Translations under genes and position numbers: made by a program
In this document: positions 28,677 through 38,871 of the stretch, piece after piece
Position numbering within the stretch: position 1 is the first letter of the stretch
Layout of the letters: each line of letters starts with the position of its first letter
Notes under the pieces: generated by a model
Database searches by the model: none
The model's input: only the letters and a program-made list of their open reading frames with translations
What the model was told of the DNA's origin: nothing
Assembly (NCBI GenBank): GCA_965219455.1
Contig: OZ244744.1
Location: forward strand, 2,304,001-2,368,000
Length of the DNA stretch: 64,000 nucleotides
From: Candidatus Latescibacterota bacterium
GTDB taxonomy: Bacteria > Latescibacterota > UBA2968 > GCA-2709665
Reading direction: 5' to 3'

Positions 28677-30353
28677 ATGCCCCGCCTGACCGGCGGCCGG
28701 TTTATCGCTGAGACGTTCCACGGACACGGTATCACCCATGTCTTTTTCATGCCCGTGATCGCGCCTCGCGCCCTGATGGAAATGGAACGGCTGGGTATCC
28801 GGCGCATCATGACCCATGGCGAAAAAAGCGCGGCCTATATGGCCGACGCCTATGCGCGCGTCCGGCGCGGCGCCGGCATCTGCATGGCCCAATCCGTGGG
28901 CGCAGCCAACCTCGCGGCCGGGCTTCAGGACGCGTACCTCGCGTGTTCTCCCGTCATCGCGATCACCGGGCGTCAGACACAGATCAACCGGCACCGGCAC
29001 GCGTACCAGGAAGTGGACCACGTTGCGCCCTTCGACGCGGTCACCAAGTACAACGTTCTGGTGGACCGACCCGAGCAGCTCCCCTATTTCCTCAGGCAGG
29101 CCTTCCGGGAAGCCACCACGGCGACGCCCGGGCCGGTTCATCTCGACATGGCGGGATTCATCGGCGAAGTCGTCGCGAACGCCGAGGCCGAACTGGATGT
29201 GGTCATTGAAGAACCCTTCACCCAACTGCCCCCCTTCCGCCCTGAGCCCGATCCCGAAGCCGTCCACAAGGCGGTCGATCTGCTGGCGGCGGCGGAACGA
29301 CCCATCGTGGTCGCCGGTGGCGGGATCATCGCCTCCGGCGCCAGCGCGGAGCTTCGGGCCTTTTCGGAAAAGCTCTCCATCCCCGTAGCGACTTCGTTGA
29401 ACGCCAAAGAGGCCTTCCCCTATGACCATCCCCTCGCCGTGGGCGTCTGCGGTTTATACTCCCGCGAGTGTGCCAACCGCGCCGTTTCCGAGGCGGACCT
29501 GGTCTTCTTTATCGGGAGCCACACCGGCGGACAGGTAACAAACGACTGGACCGTCCCCCCGGCCGGCACCCATGTCATACAACTCGACATCAACCCGGCT
29601 GAAATCGGACGCTCCTACCCGATCCGGCTTGGAATCCAGGCCGACGCGAAGGTCGGCCTGAGCCGTCTGATCGAAGCCGCGGCCGCATCCGTCACACGTA
29701 GCGCCTGGGCTTCGCGCGTCGGGCAACTCACCTCCGAATGGCGGGAGAGCGTGGCTCCGTTCGTCAACTCGGACGACGTTCCCATTCGACCCGAGCGGCT
29801 GTGCGGGGAACTGACCCGACACCTGCCCTCCGACGCCATTCTCGTTTCCGATACCGGCCACTCCGGCATCTGGACCGGTACCCTGATCGATCTCATACAT
29901 CCGGGTCAGTCCTATGTCAGATGTTCCGGCTCCCTCGGTTGGGGTATCCCCGCGGCCGTGGGCGCCCGGTGCGCCGCGCCGGATCGCCCGGTTGTGTGCT
30001 TTACGGGTGACGGCGGCATCTGGTATCACGTAACGGAACTGGACACGGCCGTCCGAAACGACGTTCCCGTTGTCATCGTGGTCAACAACAACCACTCGCT
30101 GAACCAGGAACAGGAACTCAACGAAGATATCTACGGAGGCCCGGAACCGGGTTCCGACGAACTCTGGCACATGACGGACGGCGACTTTGCGAAAATGGCG
30201 GAATCGATGGACTGCGTTGGCATTACGGTACGCCGGGCCGGGGAATTCGGGAGTGCCCTCGACCAGGCGGTTACATCGGGAAAAACCGCCGTTATCGACG
30301 TGAAAACCCATATCGAGGGAATCGCCCCGCCGGCGTGGTCTCCGCCGGCCTGA
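28677..30353 (+). CDS. Thiamine diphosphate-dependent enzyme (acetolactate synthase large subunit-like)
   Basis: E..AAYMADAYAR, PGPVHL, GDGG...NN ThDP motif. Confidence 0.9.
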   Translation: MPRLTGGRFIAETFHGHGITHVFFMPVIAPRALMEMERLGIRRIMTHGEKSAAYMADAYARVRRGAGICMAQSVGAANLAAGLQDAYLACSPVIAITGRQTQINRHRHAYQEVDHVAPFDAVTKYNVLVDRPEQLPYFLRQAFREATTATPGPVHLDMAGFIGEVVANAEAELDVVIEEPFTQLPPFRPEPDPEAVHKAVDLLAAAERPIVVAGGGIIASGASAELRAFSEKLSIPVATSLNAKEAFPYDHPLAVGVCGLYSRECANRAVSEADLVFFIGSHTGGQVTNDWTVPPAGTHVIQLDINPAEIGRSYPIRLGIQADAKVGLSRLIEAAAASVTRSAWASRVGQLTSEWRESVAPFVNSDDVPIRPERLCGELTRHLPSDAILVSDTGHSGIWTGTLIDLIHPGQSYVRCSGSLGWGIPAAVGARCAAPDRPVVCFTGDGGIWYHVTELDTAVRNDVPVVIVVNNNHSLNQEQELNEDIYGGPEPGSDELWHMTDGDFAKMAESMDCVGITVRRAGEFGSALDQAVTSGKTAVIDVKTHIEGIAPPAWSPPA

Positions 30354-30389
30354 CACAGGTTCAGCGACGAGGCACGGCACGCCGAAGTG

Positions 30390-30407
30390 CTTTCAACGGA
30401 CTGATAG
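30390..30407. repeat. Solo right end of the 25394 MITE family
   Basis: TCAACGGACTGATAG identical to 25543-25557. Confidence 0.5.
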
Positions 30408-30448
30408 AGCCGGACGGACTCCGTCGGCGCCGGAAAGGGGATTAACCC

Positions 30449-31324
30449 ATGTCGTCCCCAATCGAAGGTGGTCTCAAACTCCTGGTCGTGGTCGCTCATC
30501 CGCACGATGTGTGCCACATGGGGGGTACCTGTGCGCACCACGTCGACCGCGGCGACCACGTCTCCGTGGTGGCGTTAACCGGCGGGCAGCGCACCCACAA
30601 CGAAAAACTGGCCGACGAACTGCGCAAGCCGCCCGACCGGAGAGACAGGAACGTCCTTGACGGATCGCGGGAGAATTATGCAAAGCGCAAAACACGCGAA
30701 TTCGTCAGTGCGTGCGCCGTCTTCGGCATCACCGACGTGACTGTGCTTCCGTTTTCGGATCATCCCTTCGAGGTCACCGGCGACGTGGTGTCGGCGCTTG
30801 CCGGGATTCTGTACGACGTCCGTCCTCAAATGATTCTGACCCATGCGCCTTACACCCTGCCGGACCGCCGCTGTCACTACGCATGGGTCAACGACCATAC
30901 CGCGGCCGGTATTGCCGTGCAAAAGGCGCTCAACGACGTGTCCATTCCCGACACCGAGCGGGGTCGCGCGCCTCACAGGGTGGCTTCCATCTACTATACG
31001 GGCGTCGACTACGGGTTCCACGAGGTCGACGTCTGTATCGATATCTCCGACCAGGTCGACAAGCGGGTAGAGGCCGAGACAATATTCGAATCCCAGGGGC
31101 ACACGGCGGAATTCGCGAGAAAGCGGATCGAGTCAAGCGCCGGATTTCAGGGGTGGAAGGCCAACATCGGCTACGCCGAGACCTTCATCCGCGGGTACAG
31201 GGAGATTTCACGGTGTCTATCCGTCACCGAGGAGAACCTCCGGCTCGCGGAGAGTTCACACGAGGAGCGCCTGCGCTGGATTACCGGCCAAGGCCCGCAT
31301 GATGGTGAGCAGGCTGTAAGTTAG
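30449..31324 (+). CDS. PIG-L/LmbE family deacetylase
   Basis: VVAHPHD, T.G, RP..ILTH, DH, IDISD, FESQ. Confidence 0.8.
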   Translation: MSSPIEGGLKLLVVVAHPHDVCHMGGTCAHHVDRGDHVSVVALTGGQRTHNEKLADELRKPPDRRDRNVLDGSRENYAKRKTREFVSACAVFGITDVTVLPFSDHPFEVTGDVVSALAGILYDVRPQMILTHAPYTLPDRRCHYAWVNDHTAAGIAVQKALNDVSIPDTERGRAPHRVASIYYTGVDYGFHEVDVCIDISDQVDKRVEAETIFESQGHTAEFARKRIESSAGFQGWKANIGYAETFIRGYREISRCLSVTEENLRLAESSHEERLRWITGQGPHDGEQAVS

Positions 31325-31460
31325 CAAAGACGGGCTGTATGGCGCGTTCCGGGCACGCGTGGATTGCTGTTGCCAATACACTCGGGATTCCACATATTCA
31401 CGCAACCGACGTGCGTTCATCACTTGCGTATCCCACAACCCGATGGCAAGGAAGGTCCTT

Positions 31461-33032
31461 ATGCATAGAGTCAATCGACGTTTCGCTGTATTATTAGGTT
31501 CCATCTGGCTCCTGACGCTCGCCTTTCCCGTCCTGGCCTTTGCGGAGGGAATGGCCCAGATGGAAACCGAAACGTTAAACAGTTGGATACAGACCAATCT
31601 TGCCGAACTGGACAGCCTCTTCGGAAACACGGTCGAACTCATGGGGACGGTCCTCTTCGCGTCGTTCGGCACGGGAATTCCGCTCATCGTGATGGTCCTT
31701 CTTCTGGGAGGTATCTATTATTCCTTTTTCTTCAGATGGTTATCCATAAAGGGGTTCCGCCACTCCATAGACATCATCCGCGGCCGCTTCGATAATCCCG
31801 ACGATCCCGGCGAAATCTCACATTTCCAGGCCCTCACCAGCGCGCTCTCGGCCACGGTCGGGCTCGGAAACATCGCAGGCGTGGCCATCGCCGTGAGCCT
31901 TGGCGGCCCCGGCGCGATATTCTGGATGCTCGTCACCGCGGTCTTCGGCATGTCCTCCAAACTCGCCTCCTGCACCCTGGCCATCATGTACAGGCAGATA
32001 CACCCCGACGGTCGTGTCTCAGGCGGCCCGATGTATTACCTGGAAAACGGCCTCAAATTAAAGGGCATGCGGCAATTCGGCCGCACCCTGGCCGTGATGT
32101 TCGCCTTTCTGACCGTGGGCGGAAGCCTCGGCGGCGGCAACATGTTTCAGGCCAATCAGACGCTGGAAATACTGGGTACCGTTTCGCCGGTCTTCAAGAC
32201 CTACAACTGGTTGGTCGGCATCCTGCTCGCCGTTATGGTCGCCGTCGTGATTGTCGGCGGCATCCGGCGAATCGGCCGCGTCACGTCCCGGGTGGTGCCC
32301 ACAATGTGCCTGTTGTACGTGGCAACCTGCCTTCTGATTATCGTTTCCAACTTTACCCGGATTCCGGAATTGCTGGGCACCATCTTCAGCCAGGCCTTTT
32401 CGCCGCAGGCGCTCTATGGCGGCTTCGTGGGTGTGATGGTAACCGGCATCAAACGCGCCGCCTTCTCGAACGAGGCCGGCCTCGGATCCGCTGCGTTCGC
32501 GCACGCCGCCGCCAAAACCGACGAACCCGCCCGGGAGGGCATGGTGGCCATGATCGGACCCTTTATTGACACAGTCATCATCTGCCTGATGACGGGCCTT
32601 GTCTGTCTGATCACGGGCGTCTACGCAGACCCTCAATTCCTCGGCCAGGCCCAGCAGGGTCAACCGGTCGGCGCCGCGATGACAGCCGCGGCTTTCGAAA
32701 CCTTCATTCCCGGCGCCCGCCATGTACTCGCAATCGCCGTCGTGCTCTTTGCCTATTCCACCATGATATCCTGGTCCTATTACGGCGAGCGTGCCTGGGA
32801 GTATCTTTTCGGAGAGGGGACGATCCTTGCGTACCGCGTTATCTTCGTCGTTTTTGTCTTCCTGGGCGCCGTTACCGCCCTGGACAACGTGCTCAGCTTC
32901 ACGGACATGATGATCCTTGGAATGGCCTTCCCCAACATCATCGGCGGCGTGATCCTGAGCCCACAGATCAAAGCCACCCTCAACGAATACTGGAACCGCC
33001 TGAAGTCCGGCCAGATGACCATGTACAAGTAA
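31461..33032 (+). CDS. Alanine/glycine:cation symporter (AgcS family)
   Basis: ATVGLGNIAGV, GGPGAIFWM, GGPMYY, FSNEAGLGS, WSYYGE. Confidence 0.93.
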   Translation: MHRVNRRFAVLLGSIWLLTLAFPVLAFAEGMAQMETETLNSWIQTNLAELDSLFGNTVELMGTVLFASFGTGIPLIVMVLLLGGIYYSFFFRWLSIKGFRHSIDIIRGRFDNPDDPGEISHFQALTSALSATVGLGNIAGVAIAVSLGGPGAIFWMLVTAVFGMSSKLASCTLAIMYRQIHPDGRVSGGPMYYLENGLKLKGMRQFGRTLAVMFAFLTVGGSLGGGNMFQANQTLEILGTVSPVFKTYNWLVGILLAVMVAVVIVGGIRRIGRVTSRVVPTMCLLYVATCLLIIVSNFTRIPELLGTIFSQAFSPQALYGGFVGVMVTGIKRAAFSNEAGLGSAAFAHAAAKTDEPAREGMVAMIGPFIDTVIICLMTGLVCLITGVYADPQFLGQAQQGQPVGAAMTAAAFETFIPGARHVLAIAVVLFAYSTMISWSYYGERAWEYLFGEGTILAYRVIFVVFVFLGAVTALDNVLSFTDMMILGMAFPNIIGGVILSPQIKATLNEYWNRLKSGQMTMYK

Positions 33033-33056
33033 CCGAAACCGAAAACAGCCGAAATA

Positions 33057-33092
33057 AAGGGGCGCTGCAATTTCGCAGCGCCCCTCTTTTAT
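33057..33092 (+). terminator. Intrinsic terminator after symporter
   Basis: AGGGGCGCTGC-AATTTC-GCAGCGCCCCT followed by CTTTTATTT. Confidence 0.8.
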
Positions 33093-33189
33093 TTAAGGGC
33101 ATCACCTTTTTGCGAGTAACAACACCGGGATCTCGCGTTTCGCTACCTGCGAAATAGAATCTCCTCCACCCCCATAACGTCCCCTATTC

Positions 33190-33810
33190 CCTTGCCCTTT
33201 TTCTTTCTCGCCAAAGAAAAAGGGCCAAAAAGAACGGCGCCGCTCGGCGCGGGGCCGGTTTTTCCACGAATCCCCTCAGTGGCATAGACGGGTGACTGTG
33301 CCCTGCGTACAAATCCGACCCCGCGATGCTTCTATGCAGGACGGAATAACGTGGAAAAACCCCCCGCTCCTCCACCGGAAGGTCGTGAGGTAGACCTGGA
33401 AGGACGGCCGCCTCGATTTGCATTCGAACCGCCGATCGCCGATAGATTTCGCCAGGCCATATCGCTCGCTCTCAGATATCCATTCGGTTATCGAACGCGA
33501 CGTCTCCCGCGAGCACTCCCAGAGCAGAGCGCGCTATTCCGTTCCCCAGCGAACTCCGATATCCACCTTCGCTTGCAGGGCAGTGCATTACGTGCGTCCC
33601 CTGAGGGTATTCGCGCTGTGCATTTGGCAGGCCCCGCGCCCAGCGGCGACTTTTGGTTCCTTTTGGTCGCTTCAAAAGGAACACGCCGTAGGCAGGGAAT
33701 TTGGAGAAAGGTGGTTCTTAAATTTGGTTTTGATCCTTCATTGTCCTTCCCCGCCGGAGGCGTGGAGCCGGGGGGAGAGGTCTCGCCTTAAGCTGAAAGC
33801 TGATAGCTAA
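33190..33810. repeat. ~500-nt foldback element with terminal hairpins plus G-rich end motif and GCTGA(n)A heptamers
   Basis: 33238-33256 pairs with 33630-33648 (1 mismatch); 33268-33279 pairs with 33601-33612 (1 mismatch); homologous to 62100-62750 and 13864-14148. Confidence 0.7.
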
Positions 33811-33815
33811 TTCCG

Positions 33816-34790
33816 CTATACTTCCGCAACGGATACCGGTTCGCCCGTCTCGAGCGAACGGTTCACCGCCACAACCACCTGCTGGGTTTTCACGGCATCC
33901 GAGTACGGACATCGCAGCTTCGATCCATCACCGGTGCGCACCGCCTCAATAAACGCGTTATCCATTTCCTGCCAGTAGTCGTTGCCGACCTCGATATACT
34001 CGGACCGATCCCCCTGCACAACTGTAATGGACTTTCTCTCTCTATACTCAATAGCCATATCCTTCGTGTAGATATCCAGCCCGCCGCGATGCCCACACGA
34101 TAGGAAACACGCTGAAAAAATCGTCGCCAGCGTTCCGTTCTCGAAAATCAACGTGGCCGCACTCGCGTCTTCAATATCGTAATCCTCCACGTCCGTTATC
34201 AACCCCGTACGGCCCCCGGCATACACCGTTTTCACGTCGCCGAACAAATACCTGGCCATATCCGTCACGTGAACCGTCTGCTCGACGGCCTGCCCGCCGG
34301 ACATCTGCTTCCGCCGCCACCAGTACGTGCCCGGCAGCCCGCCCATCCAATACCCGATGGCCAGCCCAACCGGGCGGCTTGCAAGCAGACCCTGCGTCTT
34401 TTCGATAATGTCCAGGTACCGACCCTGGAAGCCCACGCAAGAGATCACGCCGTGTTCCCGAATGGCCGCGTCCGCTTCCCGCGCCGTATCCATGTGAAGG
34501 GCGATCGGCTTCTCCACAAACAGCGCGATCCCCTTTTCCGCGGCCAGTATTTCCTGCGTCTCGTGCGCAAAGGGAGGGATGCAGATATATACCGCATCCA
34601 ACGCCACTTCGTTCAACATGGACCTGTAGTCCGTAAATACCCTGGCATCCCATTCCGCCGCCGCATCGGCGGCCTTCGCCTCATCCACGTCGCAAATGGC
34701 CACCACCGTCGCGTCATCGTTGTGCTTCAAATGCCGGCGATGCGCACGTGAGATATTCCCCGCGCCTATAAAACCGACTTTCACCGTCAT
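33816..34790 (-). CDS. Gfo/Idh/MocA family oxidoreductase
   Basis: GFIGAGNI, EKP, GG..VEQ.VH..D. Confidence 0.92.
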   Translation of the reverse strand: MTVKVGFIGAGNISRAHRRHLKHNDDATVVAICDVDEAKAADAAAEWDARVFTDYRSMLNEVALDAVYICIPPFAHETQEILAAEKGIALFVEKPIALHMDTAREADAAIREHGVISCVGFQGRYLDIIEKTQGLLASRPVGLAIGYWMGGLPGTYWWRRKQMSGGQAVEQTVHVTDMARYLFGDVKTVYAGGRTGLITDVEDYDIEDASAATLIFENGTLATIFSACFLSCGHRGGLDIYTKDMAIEYRERKSITVVQGDRSEYIEVGNDYWQEMDNAFIEAVRTGDGSKLRCPYSDAVKTQQVVVAVNRSLETGEPVSVAEV

Positions 34791-34826
34791 CCGCAGATCC
34801 TCTACAGAAAACGAACCCTGCCGCAA

Positions 34827-34883
34827 GTGTCCCGTCCCAGAAACATATTACCATTCAGGCAATCTATTTCCGGGACAGAACAC
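34827..34883. repeat. 57-bp inverted-repeat element
   Basis: GTGTCCCGTCCCAGAAACA...GGCAATCTATTTCCGGGACAGAACAC. Confidence 0.75.
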
Positions 34884-34899
34884 GAGGACCGTCCGGCTT

Positions 34900-37674
34900 C
34901 TATTTCAACTCTTCCTTCAGCGCCCTGATCGTCTCCTCCAGCGCTTTCATCTCCTTTCCCGCCTGCTCCCAGTCCCACTGCTGAAACGCCGAACGCACGC
35001 GGGAATAGTGCGCGTCCGCTTTCGCCGCCAGTTCGGCCGCCGAACGGCCTGTCTGCAAGGCAACGGAAGACGCCGGCGTTTCCTCCTCACTTGCGGCCAT
35101 GGCGATGCCGGATCCCCCGCCGAACAGGACGGTCAGCGCCTCATCGAACGTTTTCCGCATCACCACCCGTCCACCGAAAGCGACAATCACCTGCTTCAAC
35201 TCCGGAATCGCCGAACTGCGTTCCTGCTGGCGCCTCGGCGGGGGCTGGCCCCCGGGTATGCCTTCCTCCTGCCCGTACCCCTGCTGTTCGGGCTCCTGCC
35301 TCGCTTGCAGATAGATGGGTTCGACATAGATGAACGACCGCTCCACCGGAATGGCCAGGAGGTTCCCCCGGATCACCTCCGACCCCCGCTGCCCCCACAA
35401 CGTCAACTGGCTGGAGATCTCCGGCTGCTGGTCCACCCGGGCCTCGATCTGCATCGGGCCGTAGATCAGCTTGTCTTTGGGCAGTTTGTACACCAGCAGA
35501 TGCCCGTAGTTTTCTCCGTCCGACCGCGCGGCGAGCCACGCAATCATATTGTCTCTCTTTGCCGGGGTAAACGGCACCATCAGCAGAAACTCCTCCCGGT
35601 CCTCTCCCGGCAGCTTGACGATAATATAGTAAGGCAGCATCGGCTGTGGCTGGTCGCTGTAGATCTCGTTGGGGACCTCCCAGAGATCCTCCTGGTTGAA
35701 AAAGACGTTGACGTCTTCCATATGGTAATTCCGGTACATAACCGCCTGTCGGAAAAACAGGTCGATCGGATACCTCACGTGCGCCTTCAAATCTTCCGGC
35801 ATGGCGGACATCGGCTGGAACAGTCCCGGAAACATCTCGCCGTAGGATCGAATCAGCGGGTCTTCCGTATCCACCTGGTAGAACGTGACCGTGCCGTTGT
35901 AGGCATCGACCACCACCTTCACCGAGTTCCTGATATAGTTGATCCGCATCCGCCCCGAGCGCGTCGAGTACGGATACATATCCGAAATCGTGTACGCGTC
36001 CTGAATCCAGAAAAGCCTTCCTTCGGAAGCCACGATATAGGGATCGGTATCGTACAGGAGAAATGGAACCAGCGTCTGAACCCGCTCCCGAATCTGCCGG
36101 CGGAACATGATGCGGCTTTCGGGCGATATGTAACCGCTCAACAGAAGGCTGACGTCCCAGAATCGAAAGGCAAACGCCAACCGATTGAAGAAGCTGCCCG
36201 TGGGCACGCCGCCCAGTCCCTCATACGTCGAATACCGGTTATCGTCTCCCTTCGGGTAGTCGAATTCCTCAATCCCCGTCTTTACCACCACGTAAGCGTA
36301 TGTTCTCTCTCCGTAATAAATCTCGGGCTGCTCGATCTCCAGCCCCGAATCCGCAATCGGCGGGATATCCTTTACCATAAACGCCGGCAGACCCTCGGAG
36401 GTCACGTGGTTGACCGGGCTCATTGCCACCCCGTATCCGTGGGTATACTGAAGGCGCTCGTTGACCCAGTTCCTCGCCTGGTCCGGCAAACGGTTGGTAT
36501 CCAGTTCCCGGGCGGACAACATCACCTGCCGGTAAACGCCATCCACCGTGTATCGATCCACGTCCACATTCGGAAATACGTAGTACGGCCGAATCTCCTG
36601 CACCTGCTGGTAAGTCTGTTTCAGGGGGCGCTCATCCCAGATCCGGATATTGCGCATCGTCAGCGGATTGGCGCGAATATCCTCCAGCGTCAGGTCTTCC
36701 GAAGCTTCAAAAGGCTGTTCGACGATTCGATCCAGCCCGTATGCCCGATTGGTCGCCTCGATATTATATTTGATATACGGACCTTCCCTGCGAAGTTCAC
36801 TCGGCTCCACCACCAGTTTCTGGACCAGGGTGGAGGGGACCGCCCCCACGACGATTGTGCCGACGACCAGAACGCCGATACCCTTGAGCGGCAACCGGGT
36901 GTTGCGCGCTCTGAAGTTAAGAAACAGAAAGACCGCCGTCGCCAGGAAAACAATCACCATCACCCAGTAAGCCCAGATCTGGACGTTGACATCCACGTAA
37001 CCGGCTCCGAAAAACCGTCCCTGCGAATACAGCAAGCCGAATATTTTAAGCCGGTACTTCCAGGCCAGCGCCAGAAGAAACACCCCGCCCAGGGCCGACA
37101 GATGAGCCATGGGCCGTTCCTTCACCTCGAGACCCTCCCGGATTCCAATACCGCCCGCCGCCACGTATACCACCACCACCACCAGCGTCGCCAGCACCAG
37201 CGCCGCAATCAGAAACCCGGACAGAAAATCGTAAAACGGGAGCAGGAATACATAAAACCCCACCTCCCGATTGAAAATCGGGTCCGCGGCCCCGAACGGC
37301 TGTTCGTAGATGTACCGCAATAGAACCGGCCACTGGCTTGCGCCGATGTTGCCCAGGATAAACACCAAAACGCCCGCGATTAACACATAGGTTTTCCTGG
37401 ACTGCAACACGCCAGCGGGTACGCCGTCAAGCTGCAATGCATGCCGCGTAACCCGTCCGGCAATCCACAGGTTCACCCCCACCACGACCGCCGCAATCGC
37501 TCCGAAAATCATACCCGACCCGAAGCGGGCGCGAACGATACGCCAGAACACCGAATCGTACTCCAGACTCCTGAACCATAGCCAATCCGTATAGTACGAC
37601 ACCAGAAAACTGATTCCGAAAAACCCGCCAACCAGCACGGCAAGAATAACCCACCCCTTCGGACGCCGATCCAT
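34900..37674 (-). CDS. UPF0182 family membrane protein
   Basis: YTDWLWF, DP.F...GFYVF.LP, NIRIWD, YTHGYG, NYIRNSVK, GP.Q, GNLL; ATG 37674 with AGGAG. Confidence 0.93.
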   Translation of the reverse strand: MDRRPKGWVILAVLVGGFFGISFLVSYYTDWLWFRSLEYDSVFWRIVRARFGSGMIFGAIAAVVVGVNLWIAGRVTRHALQLDGVPAGVLQSRKTYVLIAGVLVFILGNIGASQWPVLLRYIYEQPFGAADPIFNREVGFYVFLLPFYDFLSGFLIAALVLATLVVVVVYVAAGGIGIREGLEVKERPMAHLSALGGVFLLALAWKYRLKIFGLLYSQGRFFGAGYVDVNVQIWAYWVMVIVFLATAVFLFLNFRARNTRLPLKGIGVLVVGTIVVGAVPSTLVQKLVVEPSELRREGPYIKYNIEATNRAYGLDRIVEQPFEASEDLTLEDIRANPLTMRNIRIWDERPLKQTYQQVQEIRPYYVFPNVDVDRYTVDGVYRQVMLSARELDTNRLPDQARNWVNERLQYTHGYGVAMSPVNHVTSEGLPAFMVKDIPPIADSGLEIEQPEIYYGERTYAYVVVKTGIEEFDYPKGDDNRYSTYEGLGGVPTGSFFNRLAFAFRFWDVSLLLSGYISPESRIMFRRQIRERVQTLVPFLLYDTDPYIVASEGRLFWIQDAYTISDMYPYSTRSGRMRINYIRNSVKVVVDAYNGTVTFYQVDTEDPLIRSYGEMFPGLFQPMSAMPEDLKAHVRYPIDLFFRQAVMYRNYHMEDVNVFFNQEDLWEVPNEIYSDQPQPMLPYYIIVKLPGEDREEFLLMVPFTPAKRDNMIAWLAARSDGENYGHLLVYKLPKDKLIYGPMQIEARVDQQPEISSQLTLWGQRGSEVIRGNLLAIPVERSFIYVEPIYLQARQEPEQQGYGQEEGIPGGQPPPRRQQERSSAIPELKQVIVAFGGRVVMRKTFDEALTVLFGGGSGIAMAASEEETPASSVALQTGRSAAELAAKADAHYSRVRSAFQQWDWEQAGKEMKALEETIRALKEELK

Positions 37675-37697
37675 GATTTCTCCTTTGCCGATAACTG

Positions 37698-37753
37698 GTG
37701 TTCCGTCCCAGAAATATGTCACCACTCGGCAATCTATTTCAGTGACAGAACAC
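37698..37753. repeat. 56-bp inverted-repeat element
   Basis: GTGTTCCGTCCCAGAAATA...GGCAATCTATTTCAGTGACAGAACAC. Confidence 0.75.
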
Positions 37754-38052
37754 GCGACGAAATGATGAATTCGTCTACAAGTAAACAAAAAAACTGCTCT
37801 CTGTCAGTAAAAAAACAGTCTGCCGCGACCCGCCGTCGGCCTGCCTGCCCTACAGACACCCTGCAGACGAACCGCCCGCGAGCCCATCCGTCCCCCCTCG
37901 CAGCAGGTTCGGGAGCGTGTATGCACGCGGGATATCGGACCTGCGCCGACCATAGCACCACGCCAAATCGTTGACATCCGTTGCGGGCTTTAACTTAATT
38001 GTTCCTGTCCGTCCGTATGTTTCCGTGACCCGTCTTGAACCTGGAGTACGCC

Positions 38053-38841
38053 ATGTCGGAATTTCAGAATAAAGTCGTCATTGTCACCGGCGGAGCCAAA
38101 GGCATCGGCAGCGGGATCTGCCGGGCTTTTTCCCGGGACGGCGCCCATGTACTCTGCGCCGACGTGGACGTTAAAGCCGGTGAACGCCTGGCAGCGGAAA
38201 GCGGTTCTCTTTCCGGACAAATCCGCTTCCAGGAGGCCGACGTGGCGCAAAACGACGCCTGTCGATCGCTCGCTCGGACCGCCGTTTCCGAATGGGGCGG
38301 CGTGGACATTCTCTGCAACAACGTCGGCGTCCAGCCCACCAGCAGCTACGTGCCCGCTCATGAACTGTCCGAAGAAGCGTGGGACTACATCCTGAACGTC
38401 AACCTGAAAAGTGCCTTTCTGATGATCCGACACTGCGTACCCGAAATGATTAAACGCGGAGGCGGCGTGATCATAAACACGGCCAGCGTCCAGGGTCTGC
38501 AATCCACGAAAGGCGTCTGCGCCTACGCGGCCAGCAAGGGCGGCATCCTCTCGCTGACGCGACAACTCGCCCTGGAATACGCTGGAGACAACGTGCGCGT
38601 GCTGGCCGTAAGCCCCGGCACCATCGATACCCCGCTGGTCGACGAAGCCCTGCAGGCCATGGGTGGCAATGAGACGGAACACAGGGAACGGATGAGCCGG
38701 TCCCATCCCATCGGCCGGATCGGAACACCCGACGACATCGCGCAGGCCGTGCTGTTCCTCGCCAGCGAGAAAGCCTCGTTCATGACCGGCGAAAACGTCT
38801 GCGTGGACGGCGGGATGATGGCAAAAGGCGCGTGGAGCTGA
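38053..38841 (+). CDS. SDR family oxidoreductase
   Basis: TGGAKGIG, NNVG, YAASK. Confidence 0.92.
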   Translation: MSEFQNKVVIVTGGAKGIGSGICRAFSRDGAHVLCADVDVKAGERLAAESGSLSGQIRFQEADVAQNDACRSLARTAVSEWGGVDILCNNVGVQPTSSYVPAHELSEEAWDYILNVNLKSAFLMIRHCVPEMIKRGGGVIINTASVQGLQSTKGVCAYAASKGGILSLTRQLALEYAGDNVRVLAVSPGTIDTPLVDEALQAMGGNETEHRERMSRSHPIGRIGTPDDIAQAVLFLASEKASFMTGENVCVDGGMMAKGAWS

Positions 38842-38871
38842 TCGCACGAATCCCAGGCCACAACCGCATCT

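Noticed and set aside
31325-31460. Glycine riboswitch or sigma54 promoter upstream of the AgcS symporter
   Set aside because: No GGAGA...CCGAAG aptamer core; GG/GC spacing is wrong for -24/-12.
34696-37323. 875-aa plus-strand ORF and many other long overlapping ORFs (e.g. 14070-15353, 57074-58276, 60355-61740)
   Set aside because: Antisense shadows of well-supported genes in GC-rich DNA; no recognisable motifs.
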